The notes: generated by a model from the sequence alone, not told the origin. DNA of 64,000 nucleotides from Prochloron sp. (GCA_965198675.1 OZ240666.1:3172776-3236775), one strand, 5' to 3'; positions 20,262 to 32,924 are shown, counted from the first letter of the stretch. Made by a program: numbers and translations.

Positions 20262-21553
20262 AAATTTTTCGTTCCCAACTTGCGGCACTCTTGAGAAGTG
20301 TAGGCGGGGTTTACAGCGATAACGGGATGTCCTAACTTCGACCCAACCCAGTCGATTTTTGCGAACAAATCGCCCCAAGATGCGTCGGTGATCGCTCGAT
20401 TAAGACCGCGTTTTGCTGATTGACCGTTTGGTAAGAAACGCCCGATATCCTTGCATCGCTTAGTCTTACACCGTTTTTTCATCCTCTTCAGATTCAAATC
20501 CTCGCGCACCACAGCGTCAACATGGGCATGGGCTTGGTGGGCAACCTTCCAGTTGTAATCATTCCGCTTATTGGCAACCTCGTGATGAATCCGAGCAACG
20601 GCTTTACCAGTTTTGGCTTTGTTGCTAGACCCTTTTCGCTTTCGAGACATACGCTTCTCGCGAATTCTCAAGCGACGCGCTGACTGCTTGGCAAAACGCT
20701 TGTTTTGGGCGAACGAACCATCAGAGAAGGATGCGAGTTTGTTTATTCCCACATCCAAACCCCGCGCACTTTTGACATCCTCAATAGGAAGTTGGGGCGG
20801 TAATTCGTCTGGAACGTTAACCAAAACGGACATGTACCAGCCATCGGCTTTTCTCTTAATGGTGACAGTACGAGTTTCTACCCCAGTCAGCGATCGCGAA
20901 TCAAAGTATCTCATCCATCCGATACCGGGCAGATAAACCCTGCTGTAGCGGTGTTTCGTTCTCTTAGCGGGATTTATGTCGAACTTGCATTGGTTGGGCT
21001 TGTACTGAAAACTTTTGAAGTTCGAGGCTTTACGAAATGCCGGGTAGCCACCAAGACTGTTGTAGAAACGACTAAAAACTGCGGTTAACTTAGCAATATT
21101 TCCTTGGAGAGGGCTGCTGGCGATCCGCTTGAAATAGCTGTTAGTTTTCCGCAACTGTGTTGTTACCTTCGATTGGATTCCATCGGCACTATCCCATTTA
21201 ACGATCGCGGGCTTGAGAATTTCTCCCGAAATCCTATCAACTTTGGCTCGGGTCGTTTTAGTTAAAGCTACCCCCGATGGGACGACTTCATACTTGATAA
21301 TTGGACATGTCAACGGGCAAAACCCGCTAAATTCTTCTTTCGTTTCGAGAGAGCACAGCTCCGCTTCGCGAGCGCAGAATGCACCATACTCGTAAGCGAT
21401 TGGGGTGTCTGACTCGCTGTTGTTGGTTCTGTACTCTTCGATTCGTTACCGAAGCATATAATTCCGATGCTTTCTCAGCGTGATCAACCACTTGTCCATG
21501 AGTTTGAATTGGGTTTTATTCGGCTTAAGTTTGTAGTTGTACCTGAGTTGCAT
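20258..21553 (-). pseudogene. tnpB: IS200/IS605-family TnpB, one in-frame TAA and 3'-truncated
   Basis: MQLRYNYKLKPNKTQFKLMDKWLITLRKHRNYMLR*RIEEY… has its TAA at 21446-21448. It continues in frame into ORF 20258-21313, which carries RuvC-I GLDVGINKLA and …NPAYTSQEC. The zinc ribbon and RuvC-III are missing. The stop overlaps the regulator ATG (ATGA). Confidence 0.8.
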
Positions 21554-21618
21554 GATCCATCTATCGACCATTTTATATATAATTAGTATAGCAATACGTT
21601 CTCTGGATTGTCAAGGTT

Positions 21619-21792
21619 ATGGGAAAAAAAAGAATACGTGGTGAACCCGTGCATTACGACGAGCTTAAGAAAGTGCGATCAATACGATTGACCGATACCG
21701 CTTGGACAAACATCAAGATCGCAGCCAAGAAAAAAGGATTGAGCATGGGTGAGTTCATGGAGCGCTGGGCTAGATTGCTGGGAGGGGGATAA
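21619..21792 (+). CDS. small ribbon-helix-helix (CopG-like) protein, 57 aa, divergent from tnpB
   Basis: MGKKRIRGEPVHYDELKKVRSIRLTDTAWTNIKIAAKKKGLSMGEFMERWARLLGGG. The pattern is beta strand (VRSIRLTD) followed by two helices, typical of RHH proteins. It is below the ORF-track cutoff. Confidence 0.5.
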   Translation: MGKKRIRGEPVHYDELKKVRSIRLTDTAWTNIKIAAKKKGLSMGEFMERWARLLGGG

Positions 21793-22008
21793 ATCCCCCG
21801 CGTCGCCTTATCCCCCGCATGAATGACGCTTGTTCTGCGGCCTCCCGTACTAATTCGTCATGCAAGATATTTGTAATCTAGATGAGGGAGTTTTAATTGC
21901 AATGGTTGCTGCTAATAGCGGTTTTGCTCGCTTATGGAGTACAATGGGCACAATACCCGTCCCCGTCGATGCTCCAAATACAACCGTCAATATCAAAGGA
22001 GATTTTAG

Positions 22009-22635
22009 ATGACCGTTCAAAGTCCTTATGAAAAGCTTGGGTTAAAGGAAACTGCTTCCTTTGAGGAGATCCAAGATGCAAAAAAACGCCTGAGCGATCG
22101 CTATCGTGAAGATAACAAGATCGTCGAAAGCATTGAGGCTGCTTATGATGCTATTATCATGGATCGCCTCAGATTGCGAGCCGAGGGAAAAATAAAAGTG
22201 CCAGATCGGATTCGCTTTGCCGAACCAGCAGTGGAAAAATCCTCCCCAACCACATCCGTGACTGAAAATAACTCTCCTAGTTGGGTACAAGATTTAATCG
22301 ATACTCCAACGAGCCAGGATATTCTCTGGCCGGCTGGGGTCTTTTTAACTTTGGCAACCTGGACTTCTGTTGCTGGGAAAGATCCGGCTATGCTCTTCTT
22401 ACCCATCGCTTTCGGTTTTATGGCCACTGTTTATTTCCTCAACCGCAAGGAAAACCGTTTTGGTCGCTCCTTGTTAATCGGATTTATTGGTTTGGTTGTG
22501 GCAATTGCATTGGGTAACGGACTGGGTAACTTGCTAGCGATCGCCCAAGGGTCTGGCAACTTATTAAGTGTAGAACAGTTTACCACTCTTGTGATATTCT
22601 CCTTTTTCTGGCTGATTAGTAGCTTCCTGCGTTGA
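22009..22635 (+). CDS. J-like-domain membrane protein (DUF3353 / CPP1-CDF1-like)
   Basis: N-terminal degenerate J domain (SPYEKLGLKETASFEEIQDAKKRLSDRY) followed by 3-4 predicted TM helices. Confidence 0.7.
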   Translation: MTVQSPYEKLGLKETASFEEIQDAKKRLSDRYREDNKIVESIEAAYDAIIMDRLRLRAEGKIKVPDRIRFAEPAVEKSSPTTSVTENNSPSWVQDLIDTPTSQDILWPAGVFLTLATWTSVAGKDPAMLFLPIAFGFMATVYFLNRKENRFGRSLLIGFIGLVVAIALGNGLGNLLAIAQGSGNLLSVEQFTTLVIFSFFWLISSFLR

Positions 22636-22729
22636 GAGTTAATCTTAACGCCCCTATTATTAATTATAACTTTGTTTGATTTTCAAAAAAGCAGCTTTGC
22701 CCATACTTTCTTATGGGCAAACTGGTAGA

Positions 22730-23203
22730 TTAATCATCTACTTTTTCCACATTACCTGCCTTCACCCAAGCCTCTTGAGAGCTAGAAGGAATACGTACTT
22801 TTTGCCACTTTTTGTCATTACTATCTTTAAGGATAATAATTTTTGCCTTGTAAGCGATGCCGCCAATACGGTTAGCATCGGCACTGGGGCGATCGCGCAA
22901 ACTCAGTCCTTCCGGCCAAGTTACCCTAGCGTAGTAAGCTCCAGGTTCTAACTGTTCCTTCTTAACAGGAACGGGCTGAGAGCTTTTCTGCTCCCCGGAA
23001 GGTTCCAGATTCGCTGGTTTACTATTTTCTGCGGATGTCTCAGGAGAAGATTCTTCCAATTCTTCGGAGAATACTGGTTTGGGTGGATTAACGGACATTT
23101 TTGTAAAATAATAATAAGCGGCGGCTGCAGTTCCACCCGCTAAGAGCATGACACCGAGGAGAAAACCGAGAAGAAACTGAATCAGAGTTACAATGTGCTT
23201 CAT
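22730..23203 (-). CDS. membrane-anchored SH3b-domain protein
   Basis: N-terminal TM helix, a Pro/Glu-rich linker, and a C-terminal SH3-like segment (YYARVTWPEGLSLRDRPSADANRIGGIAYKAKIIIL…WQKVRI). Confidence 0.55.
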   Translation of the reverse strand: MKHIVTLIQFLLGFLLGVMLLAGGTAAAAYYYFTKMSVNPPKPVFSEELEESSPETSAENSKPANLEPSGEQKSSQPVPVKKEQLEPGAYYARVTWPEGLSLRDRPSADANRIGGIAYKAKIIILKDSNDKKWQKVRIPSSSQEAWVKAGNVEKVDD

Positions 23204-23211
23204 AACTGTAC

Positions 23212-24723
23212 CTAACCATTAAGTTGACGCTGAATGCGGCTGCTCAAAGGAGTCTCCCTTGAGGCTAAACGAGCTTTACCAGCAGCAGCCCAATTCTGCA
23301 AAAACTCAATTTGCTCACTGGCAGTTCGAGCTAAAGGAACTAACTGGCTAGCTGCTTCTAAAATATCATCGGTAGTAAAGTCTCGATTTTGGCTAAAACC
23401 AATGTGCATGGCTTCGATGAGGGTCTGCTCGATTTCCGCTCCAGAAAAGTCTGGCGTTTCGTAAGCCAATCGTTTGATATCGTAGTTTTTGAGATTGTGA
23501 GGGCGTAATCGGGATAAATGAACGGCAAAAATGGCTTCCCTTTCATCTTGAGTGGGCAACCCGACAAAAAATATTTCGTCAAACCTCCCTTTGCGGAGCA
23601 TCTCCGGGGGCAAAGCCCTGATATTATTGGCGGTAGCAACTACAAAGACGGGAGATTTTTTCTCCGCCAGCCAATTAATAAAAGTACCGAAGACTCTACT
23701 TGCGGTACCAGAATCACCCTTACCATCAATACCTGCAAAACCTTTATCAATTTCATCGATCCAGAGGATGCAGGGAGCGAGAGCTTCAGCTAAACTGATG
23801 GTTTGTCTGGTGCGAGATTCCGATTCTCCCACTAATCCGCCGAACAAACGACCTACATCCAGACGGAGTAAAGGAAGGTGCCAGTGATGGGCGATCGCTT
23901 TAGCGGTGAGGGATTTGCCAGTTCCCTGAATTCCCACCAGCAGTAAACCTCGGGGATGGGGCAAACCATAAGTCCGGGCCCGTTCGCTAAAAGCACCTCC
24001 TCGGCGCAACAGCCAATCTTTCAAATTATCTAAACCGCCGATATCAGAAATTTGCTCTGTGGCGGGGTAGAAATCCAGAATTTTGGTTTGGCGGATGGAT
24101 TGACGCTTTTCTTCCAGAATCAGTTGCACATCTTCCTGTTCTATTTTACCGTGAGAGGCGATCCCCCGAGTCAGAACCCGACGAATTCGCTCCAGAGAAA
24201 GACCTTGAGCTGAACGCACTAACTCTGCTATCAGTTTATCCCCGGTATCCTGACAATTGAGGAGACGCTGCACTTCAGTTTTAATCTCTGCTGCTGTGGG
24301 GAGAGGAAAGTCCACTACTGTAAGTACTTCCGTCAACTCGTTTGGAATAGCAATTTGGGGGGAGACAATGACAATATTCTTGGGCTGGGATTTGAGCAAC
24401 CGGGCGAGATTGCGAAGTTTCCGGGCAATGGAAACATCTTCTAGAAAGCGGTGGAAATCCCGCAGGATAAACACTCCCGGTGCACGAATCGGTAATTTTT
24501 CCAGTAATTCTAATGCCTGTAAGGGATTGCGCTTTCCAAACCCTGCATAATTGGGATTATCCTGATAGCCATCGACAAAATCCCAAGTATAGACCATGCG
24601 ATTGCCAGCAGCCTTAGCACACTGGGCGATCGCTGCTTCTACTCGCTCTTCTTCTAGGGTTGGAATGTAAATCAAAGGATAACAAGCCCTCAGCAGTAAT
24701 TGAAATTCTTGAGTAAAACTCAT
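23212..24723 (-). CDS. ycf46: AAA+ ATPase Ycf46
   Basis: Ycf46-type N-terminus (FQLLLRACYPLIYIPTLEEERVE), Walker A GIQGTGKS and Walker B ILWIDEIDK in a 503-aa protein. Confidence 0.85.
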   Translation of the reverse strand: MSFTQEFQLLLRACYPLIYIPTLEEERVEAAIAQCAKAAGNRMVYTWDFVDGYQDNPNYAGFGKRNPLQALELLEKLPIRAPGVFILRDFHRFLEDVSIARKLRNLARLLKSQPKNIVIVSPQIAIPNELTEVLTVVDFPLPTAAEIKTEVQRLLNCQDTGDKLIAELVRSAQGLSLERIRRVLTRGIASHGKIEQEDVQLILEEKRQSIRQTKILDFYPATEQISDIGGLDNLKDWLLRRGGAFSERARTYGLPHPRGLLLVGIQGTGKSLTAKAIAHHWHLPLLRLDVGRLFGGLVGESESRTRQTISLAEALAPCILWIDEIDKGFAGIDGKGDSGTASRVFGTFINWLAEKKSPVFVVATANNIRALPPEMLRKGRFDEIFFVGLPTQDEREAIFAVHLSRLRPHNLKNYDIKRLAYETPDFSGAEIEQTLIEAMHIGFSQNRDFTTDDILEAASQLVPLARTASEQIEFLQNWAAAGKARLASRETPLSSRIQRQLNG

Positions 24724-25090
24724 TTAACAGTTACCAGTTACCAGTTACCAGTTACCAATTATAGCGCCCAAGCGCCCTTAACAGGGATCCGGGAACTGGG
24801 AATAGGGACGGGCTCCCACCCAAGGCAAAAGCAAGTCCCGATTTGGTTGTTATGAATTCTGGGCTTCACCATTTGTCAAACTTCAAGATTGCGTATTGCT
24901 ATACCAGTCGTTAATTTAGTATGCTCCGACGAGGTCGTACTAGATAACGGTTTTTCTGACCAAACCTAATTAAATATTATTATTCCTTATGGGGGTTGAC
25001 AAAAAGGGGATGGTGATACTACAATTATATCAGATTTCCCCAGCGATGGGGAGGCTTGAACAGGTTAAATGTTGCACAGGAAATAAGAAC

Positions 25091-25243
25091 ATGGAATCAA
25101 CGCCGCTGACAGAATTGAATCATTTTCGTTTACTGGGTGGAAGTGGGCTTCGAGTTTCGCCACTTTGCCTAGGAACTATGACTTTTGGTCCCAACTGGAG
25201 CTCGGGAGCAAACAAAGAAGAAAGTCGAAAGATATTCAACGAT
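25091..25243 (+). pseudogene. aldo/keto reductase, 5' fragment (gene split by an IS insertion)
   Basis: MESTPLTELNHFRLLGGSGLRVSPLCLGTMTFG…ESRKIFND, then IS sequence. It joins 26774 to give …IFND|YLERGGNFIDTANFY. Confidence 0.75.
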
Positions 25244-25263
25244 ACGCGCGGGAGTCCCCACCC

Positions 25264-25329
25264 GTAGGATGCGTTAGTTGCCTTTAGTAGTAGCAACAAT
25301 ACAAATTTTGTTGGCGTAACGCATCCTAC
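25264..25329. repeat. GTAGGATGCGTTAC hairpin (left-end structure of the IS)
   Basis: Same family as 11169-11425, 13130-13239 and 13423-13488, in opposite orientation. Confidence 0.75.
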
Positions 25330-25454
25330 TACAAAACGCGGTATCAAAGCGTTTTTCGGAGTGGGGAGGGATAGCGCGCTAAATGATGGAGTTCGATGCC
25401 CCATCATTTAGCAATCCGTGTTATACTAGTAGCAGAAAACTTCATTGTTTGAAA

Positions 25455-26764
25455 ATGCCTCAGGTTCTCACAGTTTCTTGCAAATTGGATGTCAAACCAG
25501 AACAAGCTGACAAGCTAGACCTGGTTCTGTCTAACTTTGCCAAATGTTGTGAGTTCGTAAATAAAGAGGTTCCACCTAAATTAACGAACCAAATAGCGGT
25601 TCAGTCACTTATTTACAAGGAAACTAGGGCTTATTCTGGATTGTCTTCCCAGCTAACCATATTGACTATTCGTAGAGTCTGTGGAAATCGTAAAACAGCA
25701 AAGCAAAAGAATAAACCCGTCAGACGGTTTAAGCCCACTTCCGCTAGCTATGACGCAAGGACCTTTACTTTTAGAGAAGATAGTTGGTCTGTCTCGTTAA
25801 CAACGATGAAAGGTAGAGAAAAATTCTCTTTGGCTATTGGGGATTATCAGCGTCATTTGTTGACAGGACAGAGAGCTTCGTCAGCGACATTAGTAAGGAG
25901 AATTGACGGGAGTTATTATCTACAAATTCAGATAAAATCCACTCCACCAACGGCTGCAAAGACTAAGGACTGCTTAGGTGTCGATTTAGGGCGTCGTGAT
26001 ATTGCGACAACATCACACGGGGACTCCTGGAGTGGAGAGAAAATTCAAGCAACTAGAGATAGATATAGCTTCGTTAGAGCAAGTATTCAAAGGAAAGCTT
26101 CCAAAGGCACGCTTGAGTGGACGCCGCCGCTGTAGGCAACTCCAGAAACGGTTAAGTGGAAGAGAAAGAAGATTCCAAACCTCGCGCCAAGGCGCTAAGA
26201 CGCAAAGGAACACAATTACATCCCTACTGCGGGATAGCACCGTCTCCTCCTCATCCTTCGCGGGCTTTGCGTCTTTGCGTGACCAAACCTGGCTAAATCA
26301 CAATATTAGTAAGAAAATCGTAGCTGGCGCTAAAATTAGGCAACCAGGTCATCGCCTAAGAAGACAAGACAGGAATTAGAGACAGGCAAAACGAACTACC
26401 TCGCTCTAAAACGGAGCGACGGCGGACGAATAGTTGGGCTTTCTACCAATTGAGGCAATTCTTAGGTTACAAGGCTGTTAGAGATGGCATTAAGATAGTT
26501 TTCGTAAATCCGGCTTACACCAGCCAGATCTGTCATATATGCCTGCACATTCATCCAGTGAAGGGCAAATCCTACAGGAGCGGCAAAAACTTTAGATGTG
26601 GTCATTGCCATTGGTCTGGGGACGCAGATTGGAATGGAAGCCAAAATATTAGATTATTGGGGTTGTCTGTAAACCAACCCGGAGGTTCGGGGTATTTGAG
26701 TTGTGGCTTGGATACCCCAGGGCTACTAAAAGCACCCGCCGAGGGCGTAAGCGGGCGGGTGTAG
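25455..26764 (+). pseudogene. tnpB: TnpB (frameshifted, with a repeat insertion)
   Basis: MPQVLTVSCKLDVKPEQ…, RuvC-I GVDLGRRDIATTS, …VNPAYTSQICHIC…FRCGHCHWSGDADWNGSQNI. It is spread over three frames. A CTTTGCGTCTTTGCG-type repeat lies at about 26180-26280. Confidence 0.8.
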
Positions 26765-26773
26765 TTTACTTTG

Positions 26774-28020
<1,247 letters not shown>

Positions 28021-28587
28021 AATCTCCCGAATCCTTTAAAAAGGTATGCACTTGACGGCGCTCTGCTGAAGATAAAGATTTCATTTCCACCTCAAGACCT
28101 GTCTCTCGTACTTGTTGAGCCACTGTTTCAGCTACCCGCAGCAGTTTTGCTTGTCGGCGGGCGCGGTAATCATTTAGTTCCACTGTGAACCCCCTTTGCT
28201 CTATATTGAGCAGAGTATTCGCAAGATATTGGATCGCATCAATAGTTTCCCCATCCTTACCGATTAAGATATCCGTTTGTGCTGGGGTGAGGGTGGATTC
28301 ATCAATGGTTAACCAGCAGGCTGATTCTCTGCCGATATCGCCTGAGTCCGGGTGGCTCTCCATTCTTACCTGAGCAGGAATGCCAATTAAACCTAACAGT
28401 TGTTCCAACCACTGCTGAGCGGGTTTAATTTGCGGCTCTATCATCTAAAAACCTCCAGGAGTGTGGAAACTTATAAATATAACCATCATTAGTTTATTTA
28501 AACTATACCATACTTTATTATTAATTGAGTTTAGTGACTGGTAGTGTATGTCACTTATCTACTACCAACCACCAACCACCGAAGCTA

Positions 28588-29736
28588 CTATCCAGAAGTG
28601 CTTCCTTTTTTCTTAGAACGCTTGCGCTCAAAGGGAAGTGATTCTCGCTGTTGTGCTGCTTTTTCCTGTTGCTCGACGAGTTTTTGCAGATTTTCTGGTA
28701 ATGGTTCCTGGGACAAAATAAAGGTTTGACCCATCTGGAAAATATTGGCAATGACGATATACATCAAAACTCCAGCTGGTAGGGGGAAGAAGAGGAACAT
28801 ACCACTGAAAAGAACTGGGGTGAGTTTGTTAATTGTTTGCTGTTGCTGCTCGTTAGCACCCCCTCCTGGTTGACCGGAAATTTGCTGATTGACATACAGA
28901 CTAATGCCAAAAAACAAAACCATTGCTAGAATGTCCCAATTAATTGTTCCGTCGGCAGTAACAGCTCCTGTGCGCCCCAGGGCTTTAATGAAGAGAAATC
29001 CTTTATTGGCGGCAATTCCGGGAATTGTTCCCTGAATTGTTGCAGTGCCCACCTCTAAAGCTTCTAGAGTTCCATCTTCTTGGATTTGTAATCTTTCGGA
29101 TCCTTTGGTTACTTCCCATCTCGGTAAAATGTCCCTATTGCCATATTCGGCGACTAATTTTTCTATGGGCTTTCCTTCAGTAGTTTGAAACTCAATCTTG
29201 CTGGAGGCTCCAATCCCTAATTTATTACCTCCTGGTAGCAAAGCAGCGATTTTCTCATGAACACCGTCATTGATGTATATGTTTTGGGGTTTGGTGACGA
29301 AAGGTTCTAGCTGAATATACTCGATCTGTTCTGGAGGGAAGATTTGGACATCCACTGTATAGTTGATGTCTGTAAAAGGTGAACCCCGCAAGGTAGCAAA
29401 CAGGGCGAAAAGAATGGGCATTTGCAGGAGCAGGGGCAAGCATCCCGCTAGGGGATTGCCAAACTCTTGCATCAGTTTGCCCATTTCCTCCTGCTGTTTC
29501 GCAGGATCATCTTTGTAACGTTTTTTTATTTCTTCTTGCCGCTCCTTCATGAGGGGTTGAGTGATTCGCATTTTCCGCATATTGCGAATCTGTCCTGCAC
29601 TGAGAGGATAGACAGCAAAGCGAATTACCAGTGTCAGGGCTACGATTGCAAAGCCATAGCTAGGGACAATCCCGTAGAAAAAGTCCAGGATTGGCAGCAT
29701 GACGTTGTTAGAAAGAAATCCGATCCCAAAATCCAT
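28588..29736 (-). CDS. yidC: membrane protein insertase YidC/Oxa1/Alb3
   Basis: YidC core with multiple TM helices, …[16 protein letters not shown]…, and a basic C-terminal tail. Lies in the rnpA-yidC-jag block. Confidence 0.9.
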   Translation of the reverse strand: MDFGIGFLSNNVMLPILDFFYGIVPSYGFAIVALTLVIRFAVYPLSAGQIRNMRKMRITQPLMKERQEEIKKRYKDDPAKQQEEMGKLMQEFGNPLAGCLPLLLQMPILFALFATLRGSPFTDINYTVDVQIFPPEQIEYIQLEPFVTKPQNIYINDGVHEKIAALLPGGNKLGIGASSKIEFQTTEGKPIEKLVAEYGNRDILPRWEVTKGSERLQIQEDGTLEALEVGTATIQGTIPGIAANKGFLFIKALGRTGAVTADGTINWDILAMVLFFGISLYVNQQISGQPGGGANEQQQQTINKLTPVLFSGMFLFFPLPAGVLMYIVIANIFQMGQTFILSQEPLPENLQKLVEQQEKAAQQRESLPFERKRSKKKGSTSG

Positions 29737-29801
29737 TCGTCCTCAGTAGATGGCGCTAAGTTTGTTTTCTCTGTTTAATTTAGCTAATCTTGGCGTCGCA
29801 G

Positions 29802-30197
29802 TTATCCACTAGTTATCGATTCTAGAGATTTGCCTGTTTTACCTGCGACTTTTTGGGCCATGTAATCAGCTATTTCCCGGAACTGGGGCATAGCACGCAA
29901 TTCCAAGCGACTCCTATCTTGGAGAGTAACAACGATATCCCCCCACAACCCAACTCCCCGGGGAAGTCTGGCAATCTTGGTTATTTCCGCGTAAATAATG
30001 TCTGTGCGATCTCGTCCCATCCATCCTCCAGTAACGGAGATGCGACGGTCAGTAATTTTGTAGCGTAACCAAATCGCTCGCACGATAGCCCCCACTGTCA
30101 GAGGTAAGCAGATGACGGTAAACCCGAGTAAAATATTGAGGATTAAATCCCCAATATGAGGACCCCCTTCATAGAAAGTGCTTTCTTTAATACCCAT
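29802..30197 (-). CDS. PH-domain (bPH_2/YdbS-like) membrane protein
   Basis: Two N-terminal TM helices followed by RYKITDRRISVTGGW…YAEI…. It sits in the usual cyanobacterial position between rnpA and yidC. Confidence 0.6.
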   Translation of the reverse strand: MGIKESTFYEGGPHIGDLILNILLGFTVICLPLTVGAIVRAIWLRYKITDRRISVTGGWMGRDRTDIIYAEITKIARLPRGVGLWGDIVVTLQDRSRLELRAMPQFREIADYMAQKVAGKTGKSLESITSG

Positions 30198-30558
30198 TTA
30201 TTAACTTGGATTTTTGCAACAATTCCTTTAATTCTCGCAAAAAATGTTCATATTTGCACTCAATGGCTCTCGGTCGCACCACCACGACAATCTTCCAACC
30301 CCCTTCCATGTAGGGGAGCAACTCTCGGAAAGCGCTGCGGATTTGTCGCTTGATTCGATTGCGAATCACTGCTTTTTTGCTCGTTTTCTTGCTAATGGAG
30401 ATGCCGATTTGAGTAGGAGGTTGCTCAATTTGTTCCCCAGAATTAGATATTAGCAGCGCTCGCAGGGTTAAATGGGGACTCTTTCGGCTAATCCCATGTT
30501 GATAAACAGCTTTAAAATCCCGCCGCTCTCGCAGTCGATTAGCTTTAGGCAATCCCAC
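30187..30558 (-). CDS. rnpA: ribonuclease P protein component
   Basis: LPKANRLRERRDFKAVY…KKAVIRNRIKRQIRSAFR (RNR motif). Lies downstream of rpmH. Confidence 0.9.
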   Translation of the reverse strand: MGLPKANRLRERRDFKAVYQHGISRKSPHLTLRALLISNSGEQIEQPPTQIGISISKKTSKKAVIRNRIKRQIRSAFRELLPYMEGGWKIVVVVRPRAIECKYEHFLRELKELLQKSKLINGY

Positions 30559-30573
30559 AATAACCTCAAAACT

Positions 30574-30711
30574 CTATACTGCCAGACGATGCCTTCCTTT
30601 CTTTCTCCGCGCTTTAATTACGTTACGACCGGTGTGGGTACGCATTTTTGCTCGGAACCCAGAGGTTCTTTTTTGCTTGCGATTCGTACCTCCCAGAGTG
30701 CGCTTAGTCAC
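30574..30711 (-). CDS. rpmH: 50S ribosomal protein L34 (45 aa; below the ORF-track cutoff)
   Basis: GTG start 8 nt after GAGGAGGGG. Translation is [45 protein letters not shown]. Confidence 0.9.
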   Translation of the reverse strand: MTKRTLGGTNRKQKRTSGFRAKMRTHTGRNVIKARRKKGRHRLAV

Positions 30712-30760
30712 GAATTATCCCCTCCTCAATCTTATCTCGAAATCACAATCCATTATTATA

Positions 30761-31312
30761 TCATCTGTTGATGCTCAAAATCCAAGTTCCCAGGTAGCTG
30801 GGTTCGGGGCGACCCTTGCTAGTTAAGACTTGACAATGGAAATAATAGGTGCCACCAAAGTCCGGGTTTTTGACGTTAGACAATTTCAGCTGGACTTTAG
30901 TATCTGGTTCGATGGCTTCTTCCAGATCAATAGAGAGGCGATAATTGTCTTGATCCCAATCTACTTGAGCAATGGTGGCTGATTTTTTGTACTTGTCCCC
31001 ATAGTTTACCTGGATTTTGTCGGTGTCAAACTTGCCGTCGTAATAATCTGGGTAGGTAATAATGAACTTGTAGGCTCCCTGCTTCATTTTATTGGCGGGA
31101 ATGCGCAGTTTATAACGATCCCATTGGTTGGGACGACCGCCAAAATCCGTGTGGTATTGGAGGATATATTCCCGCCGCACTCCACTCCAGAGAGTCAATC
31201 CGGAACCTGATTGGGCTAAAGTGGAAGGTACGCTAGCCAGCAAACAACCGGATAGGGCTAAAGCACTAAGAATTGGTTTGAACATAAGATTTGAGAGAAA
31301 ACTGGACATCAT
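30761..31312 (-). CDS. DUF2808-domain secreted protein
   Basis: Likely start is MMSSFLSNLMF… (signal peptide). It continues …GGRPNQWDRYKLRIPANKM…ITYPDYYDG…, a typical cyanobacterial DUF2808 pattern. Confidence 0.65.
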   Translation of the reverse strand: MMSSFLSNLMFKPILSALALSGCLLASVPSTLAQSGSGLTLWSGVRREYILQYHTDFGGRPNQWDRYKLRIPANKMKQGAYKFIITYPDYYDGKFDTDKIQVNYGDKYKKSATIAQVDWDQDNYRLSIDLEEAIEPDTKVQLKLSNVKNPDFGGTYYFHCQVLTSKGRPEPSYLGTWILSINR

Positions 31313-31545
31313 CTCTATCCTATACCAAAGAAATGGGCGATCGCTGGCAGCTGGGCAATTATTTCTCTCAGTTGGGTGCATACCTTTTTTCCTGTCTTCT
31401 TCATCGCTCCATTACGGGTATTTTTCCCTCCCACCCTACCACTGGTATTTTACCAAGCTTCTACTATTTCTCAGCAAAATCAATAACTAACGCACCGATA
31501 TAATCTAGATTATATTCAGATATTTATCACAAAACTTATTGAATT

Positions 31546-32682
31546 ATGTGCTATATTATAGATATAATGATAAGGGATAAATTACAATCAGATTACGATA
31601 GTCTCTGGAAAGAAACACTAAACATTTATTTGAAGCAATTTACAAAGTTATGTTATTCTGAAGTTTATAAGGATATTGATTGGTCCAGAGGCTATGAATC
31701 CCTGGATACAAAACTGCAAGAAATTATCCGAGACGCTGAAACCGGAAGACGTTTTGCGGACAAATTACTCAAGGTGTGGCTGCACTCCGGGGAAGAAACT
31801 GTAGTGTTAATTCACATTGAAGTTGCGCTAATGTAGGGTGGGCATCGCCCACCATGCGGCTCGCCGCAAAAAATATATAAATTATTTATGCTAAGTTTTT
31901 AGGTACGTTGTCACTGATAAAATGAGGAGCTTTCTCTTGTTATCATTAAATATCAGGATTTGATAGATAACGTCTGAAGGTGGGCATTGCCCACCCTACA
32001 AGCTCTCAAAACAAAGGGTAAACCTCAGGAACGCTTGCAATCGAAATTGAGCTTAGTGCGTCGATTGTACCGACTGGGTTATACTAAGAGTGAGATTCTA
32101 AAATTATTCCGGTTAATCGAATAGATGATGGTGTTACCGGAAGAACTGAAGGGCGAGTTTAAAACTGAAGTAAGACGAATTGAGGAGGGCGATCGGATGT
32201 CATATATTACAGATTTTGAACGAGACGCTATTGTGGAAACTTCTCGCGAGTCAGTATTTGAAATTTTGCTGGGGCGGTTTGAAGTTGTGCCACAACAGAT
32301 CAGCGATCGCCTGAATGCTATTAAAGAACCGCAAAAGTTAAAACCATTAGTCAGACAGGCTGTTGCTGTAGCTTCCCTGGAAGATTTTGAGCAAATCTTG
32401 GCACAACCTACCGCTAAAAATCTGCCAATTAAGACGAATTTTCCGGTGCCATATATGACAGATTCTGAACGAAACGCTATCCGCATAGGTAATTTAGAAA
32501 CTGCTCGCGAGTCAGTGTGTGAAGTTTTGGAGACGCGGTTTGAAGTGGTGTCACAACAAATGAGGTATCGCCTCGATACTATTAAAGACATAACAGTCTT
32601 GAAACAGCTACATCGACAGTCGATACTTGTAGCTTCTCTAGAAGATTTTGAGCAAATCTTAGCACAAACTGAGGCTAACTAA
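31546..32682 (+). pseudogene. Rpn/PD-(D/E)XK putative transposase with duplicated DUF4351 C-terminus; disrupted
   Basis: The N-terminal part DYDSLWKETLNIYLKQF…VVLIHIEV is cut by GGTGGGCAYYGCCCACC repeats (31833-31999). Then …RLYRLGYTKSEILKLFRLIE*MMVLPEEL has TAG 32122-32124 where W is expected. Two DUF4351-like modules follow, each ending …ASLEDFEQILAQ. Confidence 0.65.
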
Positions 32683-32924
32683 AAGATTAAATCCCTGTAG
32701 GTTGGGTAGAAGGAAGTACCCAGAAGCTGGAAAATGTTGGGTTTCGTTCCCCGACAGTTGCCTGTCGGCCCAACCTACGGGCTACGGGCTATCCGCATAT
32801 AATCACCAGTTACTCAAACCAACCTACGCGCTGAATTGAGCTAGTGGATAAGTGTAGCGAGCCTAAATGAATTATACACCTGGGAGGGCGATTGCCGGGT
32901 GGCCCCTACACCATCACAAGAGGA

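Larger units (their letters stand above)
25244..26773 (+). mobile_element. IS200/IS605-family TnpB-only element inserted in the aldo/keto reductase gene
   Basis: Precise interruption of the AKR frame with no obvious target duplication. The left-end hairpin GTAGGATGCGTTA…TAACGCATCCTAC is at 25264-25329. The right end has a CCCGCC…GGCGGG hairpin near 26735-26760. Confidence 0.8.

Noticed and set aside
19551-20378. 275-aa version of the response regulator starting at 20378
   Set aside because: The first 39 codons lie in the tnpB relic and have no receiver-domain similarity. The internal ATG at 20261 gives a normal N-terminus (MTIAAAKILVVDDD).
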